From Octopus sinensis (lineage: Eukaryota), in assembly GCF_006345805.1 (NCBI RefSeq), contig NC_043016.1, positions 23,684,001-23,748,000 on the forward strand: a stretch of DNA of 64,000 bases, in the 5' to 3' direction. Of the stretch, positions 24,265-36,391 are shown piece by piece. Both the position numbers and the translations under genes were made by a program. Position 1 is the stretch's first letter. Every line of letters begins with the position of its first letter. The notes under the pieces were generated by a model. That model did not search any database. It was not told the origin of the DNA and worked only from the letters and a program-made list of their open reading frames with translations.

Positions 24265-24443
24265 CAATGGTCATGCTTCACTTTCAATGCCATGTTTCTT
24301 TTCAAACCTGTTATAGACAAACGAAACAATAGACACATGAACAAAAGACATACGCAGATCTTTATGTAAAATGTAGATGTTACGTGAACTGATATCATTT
24401 AGGGAAAGTTTTAAATATGGATAAATCTTTGTGGGACACCCTG
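24265..24443 (-). mobile_element. Tc1/mariner-superfamily terminal fragment
   Basis: TA-CAGGGTGTCCCACAAAG terminal motif ending 24443. Confidence 0.5.
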
Positions 24444-24498
24444 TATGTATACCATTACAATTTGAAAAGTTCAAACTAATAAAAAAAATGAACAATAT

Positions 24499-24895
24499 AG
24501 GCTCAGGAGTGGCTGTGTGGTAAGTAGCTTGCTTACCAACCACATGGTTCCGGGTTCATTTCTACTGCGTGGCACCTTGGGCAAGTGTCTTCTACTATAG
24601 CCTTGGGTTGACTAAAGCTTTGTGAGTGGATTTGGTAGACGGAAAGTGAAAGCAGCCCGTCATATATATGTGTATATATATATGTGTGTGTGTGTATATG
24701 CTTGTGTGCCTGTGTTTGTCCACCCAACATCGCTTGAGAACTGATAGTGGTGTGTTTACTTCCTTGTAACTTAGTGGTTCAGCAAAAGAGAATAAGTACT
24801 AGGCTTACAAAGAATGAGTCATGGGGTCGATTTGCTCGACTAAAGGCGGTGCTCCAACATGGCCACAGTCAAATGAAAGAAACAAATAAAAGAGA
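24499..24895 (+). mobile_element. SINE family A
   Basis: Head, internal microsatellite and tail present. Confidence 0.9.
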
Positions 24896-25061
24896 ATAAT
24901 AATAACTCAGTAGAGTTCATCAGAAAACATAGACAAACAAATAGCTTTATTAAAACATAAGAACATGTACATGCAGGTTCTGCTGGATTTTGACTTTAAT
25001 AGATACAATAAACTGTGAAAGTTGTAAAGATATTTCATGAAGTTTATATAAAAACAAACAG

Positions 25062-25100
<39 letters not shown>

Positions 25101-25150
25101 TATGAAATAAACACTGTGCTGGTGTATGTAAACATTAATGATCACATATA

Positions 25151-25705
25151 TTGGGTTGTCCAGAAAGTTTGTGCCAATTTATAGTAGCTTACCTTTCGAC
25201 TTATTCAAGAAAATGGTTGAGTCCATAAAATAGGATTTGACTACACCTCCATTTAGAGCACAGTTTAAGCTATCTTTTAGTGGAAGAAGGTTTATGTTCC
25301 TATAACCTGTAACCGTTTAAAATGAAAGATAAGAAAGTTCATTTTCGGCACTTGATGCTTTGGGAACCAGACAAAAATTGCTGCAGCTCGGCTGGGATGT
25401 TTTACCCCACCCTCCATATTCACCAGATGTTGCTCCTTTAGATTTCCACTTATTCAGGTCTCTGCAGAATAGTTTTAATGGTAAAAATTTCAATTCATTG
25501 GATGACGTAAAAAGATACCTTGATGAATTTTTAGCCATGAAACCACCTCAATTCTGGGAAGAGGGTATTTTCAAGTTAAAGGAAAGATGGAGTAGCATTG
25601 TGCTACAAAATGGTTCATAATTGGTTGATTAAAAATGTAATGACAAGTATTTATTCACCATTTTCTTTCCTTTAAAAATCTGCATGAATTTTCCGGACAA
25701 CCCAA
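25151..25705 (+). mobile_element. internally deleted mariner (both TIRs, TA flanks)
   Basis: TA-TTGGGTTGTCCAGAAAG...TTTCCGGACAACCCAA-TA; start MKDKKVHFRHLML fused to LPHPPYSPDVAPLDFHLFRSLQN. Confidence 0.92.
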
Positions 25706-26078
25706 TACTTAACATATATGCATTGTGTATTTGCCGGTAGACTATGATTTGGTAAGCTGTAGATTACTCCCTCAAATTGCTGAGTGTTAAAATATTTGAA
25801 AGTCATGGACAGGTGAGCCACCCCATCAAAAATCCATCCTAGAAGTGATGGACATCGGTGGCTTATCAACATCATGCACCCAAACTGAATCAGAGGTGAA
25901 CCAGTTTGGCTACATTATGCTAAAAAGCCACAAAAATGGGATCAGGAGTAGGTTGTCTCACCTGTTTGTGACTTTCAGGTGTTTCAACACCCAGTGCTTT
26001 GAGGGAATAATCTCCACCATACCAAATTGCAGCCTACTGGCAAACACACATCAAGTATGTGTGGTCAGTAATATATAT

Positions 26079-26111
<33 letters not shown>

Positions 26112-26149
26112 TATATAATATATATATATATATATGTATACATTATTGA

Positions 26150-26400
26150 TAGGAAAGGTAAGACAACAAAAGAATGAAAGAGACCTCAATATTATGTAAA
26201 TAGAGGAATTTATCTGTAAATATAATATGTGACAATTATTCAGTAGCCATGATAAGACTCTGAGTTTCAGATGTTGGGGCAGAAACCCATGCCGGCATCT
26301 CTTCAGTTATCAGGCCATCGAAAAAAATGGTATGAAAATGACCATTAAGACAAAGGGAAATTACTGTGTGATTGACCGTTATTAAGACAAAAGAGCTATT
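26150..26400 (-). mobile_element. Penelope-like terminal remnant
   Basis: Hammerhead motif followed by a T-rich tail, as in the elements at 53.4 and 62.0 kb. The family assignment is inferred. Confidence 0.5.
26246..26315 (-). ncRNA. type I hammerhead ribozyme motif
   Basis: GCCTGATAA-CTGAAGA-GATG..GGCA/TGCC..CATCT-GAAA-CTC A GAG-TC-TTATCATGGC. Confidence 0.68.
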
Positions 26401-27004
26401 AGAATGACCGCTAAGTAAGGAGAGGGAGTAAAGGTAAGGGAGTAAAAATTGTCACATATTATATTTGCAGATATGTGTGTGTGTGTTTGTGTGTGTCTGT
26501 GTGTGTGTGTATGTATATATGTAAGTATGCATGTATGTATGTACATACATCTGTACATATACTCATATATATGTGTGTATGTGTATATAAACAATATTTA
26601 AGAGGTTTCATTTACATAACTCTTGAACACAATGTTTCCAAAACAGATATTAAAAAAATATCCATCTATGGCATCATCTCATTAGTAACTGAAATCTAAA
26701 CATAACTACATATATGTATGTATAATAAACTAGTATTAAGAAAAAATTGGATTGAACATGTTTTATTACATAGTACTATCATTTTTTTTATAAACTCTAC
26801 AGATAGTTATGGACTTCTGTGTGTATATGTAATGTCAAGAGAGAAGTCTCACAGTATGTTAGTATTCAGTAACCAATAACTGTGCAAGATCTTTGTATTG
26901 AACACTACAAGGTTTTTTTTACCAATATTATATTTAAAAAATATATATATGCATATACACATTCGCGTGCGCATGTGTGTGTGTGTAAATATATATACAT
27001 ACAC

Positions 27005-27487
27005 TTATGAGGATTCACTGAAAAGTTCACGGGCTGACCAACATTCTCTCATAGAATGTGACCAAATGAGGTTTTATTTTTCAACATTGTTCCCCTTACA
27101 GTCCACACACTTCTTCCATCTGTGTTGCAATGTTTGGATCCCATTGAAGAAGCTTTCATCCTGTTGGTCAAAAGACTCATCAACAGCAGATATGATGTCA
27201 TCATCACTGTGTGATACCACTTCCTAACCAAGTGTTTTTTCATGTTGATGAACGGTTAGATGGGGTCCAGCCAGGAGAATAGGGAGTTTAATCTATCAGT
27301 TCAAAGCCACAGCCACACACAGCAGTCATTGAAACCAAGGACCTTTGTGCTGGAGCATTGTCCTGATGAAACAAAGCTTCTTTCGTCAGTTTTCCTGGGC
27401 ATTTGGTCTTGACAGCCTTTTGTAACAGCATCAGCAAGTTAGCAGAGTACTCTCCATTGATGGTGTAACCCTTCCATGCTATCATGG
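27005..27487 (-). mobile_element. mariner 3' remnant
   Basis: KGYTINGEYSANLL...LFHQDNAPAQRS and QTLQHRWKKCVDCKGNNVEK*; TIR-like TATGAGGATTCACTGAAAAGTTC at 27005. Confidence 0.85.
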
Positions 27488-27494
27488 AAGGGCC

Positions 27495-28068
27495 ACACTA
27501 GTGATGGCAACGTTATGCCTCCATTCATCTCCCCACGCCGCCTCAGACTCTACATGGAGGCCTACATCAAGTGCCTGGAGGAGGTAGTGCTGCTCTAGTT
27601 CAAGAGGGTGGCTGCTGGAAGACACTATGTCTAGCAACAGGACTCTGTACCATTCCACACATGCAGGGGAACCCAGTCATGGGTGTCAGACAATTTCTGT
27701 GACTACATCACCCCTAATATCTGGCGACCTAACTCCCCAGACTGCAACCCCCTTGGTTATTATGTGTGGGGCACAGTTGAGCAAGAGACCAACAAGACTC
27801 CTTGTAACACCAAAGATGAACTGAAGGCAAGTATTATGGCAGCATTCATCAACTTAAGCCAGGAGACCATCCAGAGGAGTTGCAGGAGATTCTGAAGTTG
27901 TCTGGAGGCTGTGGTTGAAGCCAATGGTAATTTTATTGAATAAATTTACTGTTTAGTGTTTCAAGATATATTTTTATATAATTTTGGAAAATATATCTGT
28001 TGAAATGAAATGTCAGTGTTATTTTCGTTTTTGTGTGATTTAGATGACAATTTATTCACCGCAGCCTG
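27495..28068 (+). mobile_element. maT (DD37D) transposon 3' remnant
   Basis: QQDSVPFHT...WRPNSPDCNPL(G)YYVWG with 37 residues between the second D and the third catalytic position; 3' TIR-like GACAATTTATTCACCGCAGCCTG. Confidence 0.85.
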
Positions 28069-28923
28069 AACACCCCCCCACACACACACACACACATTCA
28101 CACATGTGCACACAAGCATATGGTAATTTATGGAGTGCACAGGGTTAGAAAAAAAACTCTTGTTCGACACTTTAATATGTTTCAAATTTACTAATTTACT
28201 ACACAGGACTGGCACTCTATTTATTGACCCTCCCTGCCAAAAATAAGAATGAAACGTTAAGTAGACATAGGCAGGATTTGAACTCAGTATCCAGATAATC
28301 AGAACTTACACTATAATGTATTATATTGACTGCTCTAACAACTCTGCCAATTGATTGCCATATGTATGTGTATATGTGTTAGTGTGTAAAGGCCTGTATG
28401 ATCATAAAAGCCAACCCTTAGGTGTTGGATTTTATGATCATAAGGCTGTGGGTTTCATTTCTGAACTGTAAGGTGCATTGTTCCATTTTACAATAACTTT
28501 CACTTCATGCTTCTCTAATCCATTCAACTGAATCAAGTTCCAGTTGAGCTGTGATGCAGTCCTCTCTATCTGTCCGTCTGCTGCCTCTGTCTCTGTCTCT
28601 GTCATTGTCTATCTCTCTCTCTCTCTCTCTCTCTCAACTTATTTCTCCATCCCACCTTGCAATCCAATCCTCCCCACACTGCCCACTGTATCATTGCTAT
28701 CCTGTTGTCCATCCCTTCTCTATATACACAGGCCTCAACAGTCATTGCATTCTCTCACTTCTCTGTTCTTTGCATTCACATGGACTCTCTATTTGTGCAC
28801 CCTTAGCAATGATCTACCATCCAATTATATTTTCATCCATGTGCCTTGAGAGTATACTCTGGAACTTCACCAACATACCTCTCATTCTCTTCCACCCTCA
28901 GTTTCTCTCATTCTTGATTACTC

Positions 28924-28962
<39 letters not shown>

Positions 28963-29036
28963 CTCACTCACTCTCATTCTCTCACCCTCTCTTTCCAACT
29001 GTAAAAACCATGTAGGGAGCTACAGTAAAACATTTA

Positions 29037-29277
29037 TTTCTTATTTCTTTATTGCCCACAAGGGGCTAAACATAGAGGGGACAAACAAGTACAGCCAAAG
29101 GGATCAAGTCGATTACATCATCCCCAGTGCATAACTGGTACTTAATTTATCAATCCCGAAAGGATAAAAGGCAAAGTTGACCTCGGCGGAATTTGAACTC
29201 AGAATGTAATGGCAGACGAAATACCACTAAGCATTTCGCATAGCATGCTAACATTTCTGCCAGCTCGCCGCCTTTAA
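29037..29277 (-). mobile_element. SINE family B, full length
   Basis: GGCGGCGAGCTGGCAG head through AATAAAGAAATAAG tail. Confidence 0.9.
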
Positions 29278-29299
29278 AACATTTATTTTTATCCCTCTG

Positions 29300-29590
29300 T
29301 CATACACTAATCTCTCATCACCTGACACAAAGCCACCCACTCCAGTAGTGCCTCCTTTCAAAGGATCTTTGTCTTGCATGTTACTTGGTAACCTCACTGG
29401 TACTGGTGCCACGTGAAGACCACCTCATCCACTCTGTAAAGTGATTGGCATTCAGAAGGGCATCCAGCTGTAGAAACCATGCCAAAACAGACAGTGAACC
29501 TTGGTGCAGTTCTCTGGTTAGCCGGCTCCTGTCAAACCATTCAACCCATGCCAGCATGGAAAACAGACGTTAAATGATGATGATGATGAG
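29300..29590 (+). mobile_element. RTE 3'UTR with (TGA)n tail
   Basis: AGAAGGGCATCCAGCTGTAGAAACC...CCAGCATGGAAAACAGACGTTAAATGATGAT. Confidence 0.8.
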
Positions 29591-29985
29591 GTGGAGGATC
29601 TTATTACCAAGTCATGTTTGTTTAGTTTTTGCTTTCTACATGCACTCTGTAACTCACCAAAATTCTGAACACAGTTTTGAATGCACTTCCTGGGTTCTAA
29701 ATACTGAAATTTTGTCAAGTAATTTAAATTTTAAATCACTAGATATATATGTATGAGTGTGTGTGTGCTTGCATGTGTGTATGTGAAATTATGTTCCATT
29801 GTGTGCATCTGGTATATGCAAATGCAACGGTGTTTAAGACAGAATGTCTATTATATGTAAGATTTGTAACACTTCAGCATTGCAATTCACTGGTTTAAAC
29901 AAAAATATAAAAGTAAAAAAAAAAAGAATACGAAGGACTCATTTCTGTTCATTATGCTTTCATGTTTATAAATGTCTGTATGTGT

Positions 29986-30056
<71 letters not shown>

Positions 30057-30889
30057 CGTGTGTGTGTGTGAACGTGTGTGTTTATTTCCATGGTAATAAG
30101 GAAGTGGCTTATAATGTTTTCTTCTTGCTGCAGTGAAACAATTTCAACAATGATTATAACATTATTATTATTATTATTATATATTTTGTAATCCATCCAG
30201 ACTCTTATCTTATTAATTTCTGAGCTATTGATTCACTTCAGTTTGATTAAGTATGACACATTTGTAAAAATCTCTTTTGACATTTTACTTAGATTGCTTT
30301 ATTCTTTATACGTATTTTACTTTCATCATTTGTCCTCCGACTCAAATGTGTTTAAAATTTAATAGGATACAGTGTTTGATTCAGCAGAGCATCACTGAGT
30401 TTTGAATTCAAATCGTGCCAAAGCTAGCTGTTTCTTTCATTCCTCCTTGGTCGACAAAAAACTGGAGTATTAAATATGTACAGGAAACCGAGTTAATGTT
30501 CTTCTAAGACATCCTAAGATAAAATGGAAGAAAAAAAAGACCATTGTTCATCTTTTCCCACATGTTGCCATTGAGTGAATGAGTCTCTCAGCATGTTATC
30601 ACTTCTTGTAATATCTCTTCATCGTTCATACACCACAGATGAAAATCATCCAAACATTCTTATTGTGAACATCATGTGCCTAACGTGGTTTTTACAGAGT
30701 CATTCTCATTTACTATCAATCACTTGACAATCTGGATTGGGTGTGCTTTGATACAGCAGAGCATCATTGAGTTTTGAATTCAAATCCTACCTAGGCTAGC
30801 TGTTTCTTTCACCAGGAGTATCAACTGAGTACTGGAAACTCAGTTAATGTTCTTGTAAAACATCCTGAAATACAATGGAAGAAAAAAAG

Positions 30890-31119
30890 ACATACATGCA
30901 TACATACATACATACATACATGCACATACATGCATATACATGCATACATACATACATACATACATACATACATACATACATACATACATACAGACAGACA
31001 GACAGACACATACATACACAAACACACACACACATACATAAATACATACATACATACATACATACATACATACATACATACATAAATACATACATACATA
31101 CATACATACATACATACAT

Positions 31120-31150
<31 letters not shown>
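30890..31150. repeat. (TACA)n/(TA)n array
   Basis: Direct reading. Confidence 0.95.
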
Positions 31151-31299
31151 GTCAATTCAAATAAACAATCAGTTCAAATAATGAATAATAAAATTAACAG
31201 ACAAGAAGAGGTGTACAAGGAATGCATTAGCTTGATGCTTGGCAAAAAGAGGGTGTTTGACATTTTGGAGCATTGCTCTTCATTGGAAAGGAAAAAGGG

Positions 31300-31908
31300 T
31301 CATGTGTTGCATATTGATAAGGAGAGCTGTGTGAAGAAGTGTCACTCTCTAACAGTTGAAGGAACCTGTGGAAGAAGGAGATCCAGGAAGACATGGGATG
31401 ATGTGGTGAAGCATGACCTTCAAATATTAGACAATGACGAAAGACCAAGACCTCTGGAGATATGCTGTGATTGAGAAGACCTGGCAAGTAAAATGAGATC
31501 ACAGTTTAGCCTACACCAGTGTCACATAACAGGTGACATGCCATGCTTGAGGAGACCTATTGAGTCAAGTAAAATCAAAATCAAATTAAATCAAATCACA
31601 ATCAAATGGAAATTGTAGTTGTGGCTGATGCCAGTGCTGCCTGACTGGCATGCTATAAACACCATGCACGCATGGGTCATTGCCAGTACTGCCTGACTGG
31701 CTCTCATGCTAATGGCATGTAAAAAGCACCCACTGCACTCTGAGAGTGGTTGGCATCAGGAAGGGCATTCAGCTGTAGAAACCTTGCCAGATCAGATTGG
31801 AGCCTGGTGTAGCCTCCTGGCTTGCCAGTCCCCAGTCAAACCGTCCAACCCAGGCCAGTATAGAAAGCGGACGTTAAACGATGATGATAATAATGATGAT
31901 GATGATGA
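31300..31908 (+). mobile_element. RTE LINE 3' end (inverted copy of 36392-37002)
   Basis: HVLHIDKESCVKKCHSLTVEGTCGRRRSRKTWDDVVKHDL, then 3'UTR and (TGA)n. Confidence 0.92.
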
Positions 31909-32237
31909 TATATACATACATATATATATAAATATATATATACACACACACATATATACACATACACACACACATATATATATACATATATACACATATG
32001 CATATATATATATATGTATATGTATATGTATATATATATATATACATACATACATACATACATACATACATACACACACACATACATACATACATACATA
32101 CATACATACATACACATACATACATAAATACATACATACATACATACATACAGATACCTACATACATACATACATACACACACACACATACATACATACA
32201 TACATACACACACACACATACATACATAAAAATACAT

Positions 32238-32270
<33 letters not shown>

Positions 32271-32595
32271 TACCTACATAAATACATACATACAGATACA
32301 TACATACATACATACACACATACATACATACACACACACACATACATACATACATACATACAACATACACACACATACATACATACATACATACAACATA
32401 CACACACATACATACATACTACATACATACACACACACATACATACATACATACATACATACATACACACACACATACATACATAAATACATACATACAT
32501 ACATACATACATACGTACATACATACATACATACATACATACATACATACATAAATACATACATACATACATACATACAAATATATATATATATA
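31908..32595. repeat. (TACA)n/(CA)n compound array
   Basis: Direct reading. Confidence 0.95.
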
Positions 32596-32818
32596 GTCAA
32601 TTCAAATAAACAATCAGTTCAAATAAATGAATAATAAAATTAACAGACAAGAAGACGTGTACAAGGAATGCATTAGCTTGATGCTTGGCAAAAAGAGGGT
32701 GTTTGACATTTTGGAGCACTGCTCTTCATTGGAAAGGAAAAAGGGAAAATTTCAAAGAAGGAAAAAAAATTGCCAACAGCATGTGTGTACATATATATAT
32801 ATATACATATACAGCATG

Positions 32819-32849
<31 letters not shown>

Positions 32850-32850
32850 T

Positions 32851-33045
32851 TATTTTATAGAAGGAGCTTCTACAGGACTAGAACTGTTTCATTCAAATGA
32901 AATCATCAGGAAGCTTGGCGTCAAGAATAGTTTTGGCATTTATACATTTAGGCAGATTTGATGGGGTGGTGGTGGTGGGGGACTTTTTTTGATGATTTCA
33001 TTTGAATGAAACAGTTCTAGTCCTGTAGAAGCTCCTATAAAATAA
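32851..33045. mobile_element. Penelope-like fold-back remnant with inverted hammerhead-bearing arms
   Basis: About 58-bp inverted arms (32851-32908 and about 32990-33044), differing by a 3-nt indel near the outer end. Confidence 0.65.
32865..32915 (-). ncRNA. type I hammerhead ribozyme motif
   Basis: AGCTTC-CTGATGA-TTTCATTTGAAT-GAAA-CAG TTCTAGTC CTG-TA-GAAGCT: complete core, 6-bp stem I, GUA site. Confidence 0.78.
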
Positions 33046-33824
33046 ATTAATTTACTCTGCCATGTATTGAGTACCTTATTCACTGTGGTTAACCCCGACT
33101 CAACCCGGGACCTACATATATATATATATATATATATGTACACCCCCCCCCACCAGCCCCCTGCAATTCTACCATCAAATTCAGCTTTACATTTCTCTTC
33201 ACTGAGACTATCTACAGCCAGGGTGTTGTGGAAGGATTTCTGACCACCCCTATGTGATTAAAAGTAGACTGACACATTGCTATAAAATAAAGAACTGTGA
33301 GCAATTCATGGGTTGGCAGTTCACTGCGAGCCATTGACAGAGAGCATTTAACCTTGTGTAACAGTAATCATAGTGTGTCATGTGAATACTTTCTTTCCCA
33401 CCTGCTTTATTAAGTTATATATCCAACACCAGGATATAAAACAGGGAAACTCACAAAACTACTATGTCCATTGTTACTTACAGGATGAAATAGGAAACTC
33501 TAGTGAAACAAATATGTGGATACTATTTCATTGATATTCCAAGATCTTCCAGAACAAACTGAGGATGTTGAAACAGATTGGAGATTGGAGAGTATTGTAG
33601 TTTGCTTGAAGCATTGTTTATTGTTTGTAAAGAATAAAAAGTTTTGAATGGTACAACAATGCACTACAATACAGACAAAGGGCTATATACCTGTTGTAAT
33701 TTAGTCATCCATAGTCTGGTATGATATTTCAGAATAATATTCCTTCTTCAGATATTCTTAGATGGAGTCGCTGCTATAATTGGGTTTGTTCAACAGGTTC
33801 TTGTTCATCTTTACAACATTGTAG

Positions 33825-34330
33825 ATGAAAGTGGCTCAGTGTGGCACAAAGTAAAAAAAACAAGAATACCGTGCAAAAAAAAGGAGGCTTACAAAGCTTG
33901 GTTTTGGAACAAATCTCCTCTGTGTGCAGACACAGAATGCTGTGGCAGAAACAGTAAAAACATACAAGGCTGAGTCATGGGGAGATTATGGGGGCTAAGC
34001 TAAACTCAGACTTTAGGTTGACCAATAAGGTATTCTCGCACACCATCCACCGACTTTGTAATGAGAAGCCCTCTTCAATGGCTACCGTTAAGAATTCAGT
34101 TGGATTTCTTCACTCTGCTGTGAAGTGCATTCTTGAGAGACAGAAAAAAATATTTTGCTGATGTAAATTCACTTGCAAAAAACCTTTTGGAGGACACAAG
34201 ATGCATCTACAGGTGAAGATTAACCTCACAGGGCTGAAGCCATAGAGGTAATTAAAGTACTCAAATGTGGCAAGACCACAGGAGAGGATGAAATTTGGTC
34301 TGCGATGTTAAAAGTATTAACATCCTCTGT
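33825..34330 (+). mobile_element. degraded RTE LINE (linker to RT start)
   Basis: KKEAYKAW..., then EVIKVLKCGKTTGEDEIWSAMLK. Confidence 0.65.
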
Positions 34331-34579
34331 GATGGAAAGACTTAGGTTAGGATTATTGGCATGTACAATCATATTCAACATGTAGACCTGGAAACATATA
34401 CACTGCAGAAATTGCCTTGAGACAAAAATTCTCTTTACAGACAAAATATTGTTGGGCTAGATGTCATTCATAGCCAAATGATGTGTTGTCCACATCTCTC
34501 AAGACAATTTCTGCAGTGTTCGTGTTTCATTCAGTGCTATTTCAATCAATGCTGCTTTGGTGTGTCTCTAATTAATTAA

Positions 34580-35060
34580 GAGTCAGAGTAAGGTTTAGTG
34601 TGCAACCAGAAAGAATGGACAAAAAACTTAGGTAATTAAAAGAGGAATACAAGAGAGTCAGGCATGTCTGAGAAGAGGTGATATAAAGGCAACCAATTCT
34701 GAGTAGCAAAGATTATTGCAGTAGCAGTAGAAGAGAATGTAAAGCGAAGAGACTGTACACTCTTGGATAAGAGACTGCATGTCTTCCAAGTGATTTCATG
34801 CCAATCAACCAAGTCACCTTTCTCTGGATAGAGTCTAAGACAATTCTATTTATCTGTAGCAGCAGTATGTCCAAAATATAGGACAGGTATCCCATCAAAC
34901 AGCATCCCATTGCTTACATACATGTACCATTAGTCATAGACCTAATCCATTGTCTCTTGCTTTTATAACATTACCTGGTATTTATGGTACCTTTGGCATT
35001 GTCCTCTCAGTTTCAAACATTTCAAATTAATCTCTTGACTGAAGATATCTTTGTCTTGCA
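34580..35060 (-). mobile_element. degraded CR1-group (Zenon-like) C-terminal remnant
   Basis: LDSIQRKVTWLIG...SYPRVYSLFALH resembles LDSIQRKAIRLIG...SHRRAVASLSLFY. Confidence 0.5.
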
Positions 35061-36133
35061 AGGCACTGCTTCTTGCTGTGCTAACCCAGAAGTCATGGTT
35101 TCCTACTTCTACCTCTAAACTTGGAGGCCTTGCAAAGTGGGGGACAGTGGATATTATCCTCTTACTTTGATTATGAACACAAATATATAGAGTATTTGTT
35201 GTGTATATTTATACAGACATATACACAAACACACACACACACATTCAGAGATACGGTGTGCTGGCAGAATCGTTAGCATGCTGGGTGAAATGCTTTGTGG
35301 TATTTCATGTCTTTACATTCTGAATACACAGGGACAATTTCTTCTCTCATTAACATTGGCTCTGTCCCAAAATTCCAATCAATCTTATTGCTAATTCTTT
35401 AAGATTTTAAACAGACCTAGAGTGAGCATTTAACAGATCATCAAAGATTTTTCCCTAAATTACATACCTGAACCCTTTTGTATTTGATATATCAAATACT
35501 TAATTATGATATTTTCTCTTGAGCAACATTTCTTACTCAAATGTTAGCATTGTTGAGTATATCAGTCTGAGTACAGAAACAAGTAAATGCTAATGATTTT
35601 TGAGTATGTCAGTATGAGGAGTATTGATTCTGCTGTTCTGTTATCATACAGTTCCAACTATGAGTAAACAAACAAACCAAATGTTAATGTTGCTGAGTAT
35701 GTCAAAATGAAGAGTATTGGGACCACCACCACCACCACACGACACTAATTGTGATGAGGCAAACAATCTGTGTATTTGCTCGTGCGGTTGTGCGTATGTG
35801 TATGTGTGCAAGTGTTTGTGCAAGCGTTTAGACTATTAAGTGATAAAACTGTGAATGACTTGACATCCTTGGAACTTGTTAACAAAGCGTGGTGCAAATT
35901 ACAAACAAAATGAAAAGACAAAAAAAAAAAATTAAATAAATAAAATAAAGACTTATTGAAGAGAAAAATAAAATTGTAAATAAAAAGACGAATTCTTTTG
36001 AGGATAGTTTCAGTCATGATGTAGTATCTAAAAGAATCACATCAACAACTAATCCAACTCTTCTTCAAAATCAATAAGTGATATAATCTCTTCATTGAAA
36101 TTGAAAACAAATTTCACTCAACTGAAATATACA

Positions 36134-36135
<2 letters not shown>

Positions 36136-36197
<62 letters not shown>

Positions 36198-36325
36198 CAT
36201 GTATGTATGTATGTAGTATGTATGTATGATGTATGTATGTATGTATGTATGTATGTATGTATGTATGTATTTATGTATATATATATACATATACATATAC
36301 ATATATATGCATATGTGTATATGTG

Positions 36326-36366
<41 letters not shown>

Positions 36367-36391
36367 TTATATATATATATGTATGTATATA
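36136..36391. repeat. (TA)n/(TATG)n array
   Basis: Direct reading. Confidence 0.95.

Noticed and set aside
33700-33760. Hammerhead-like CTGAAGA...GAAA on minus
   Set aside because: Stem II pairs, but stem I is only 3 bp and helix III needs two assumed mutations.
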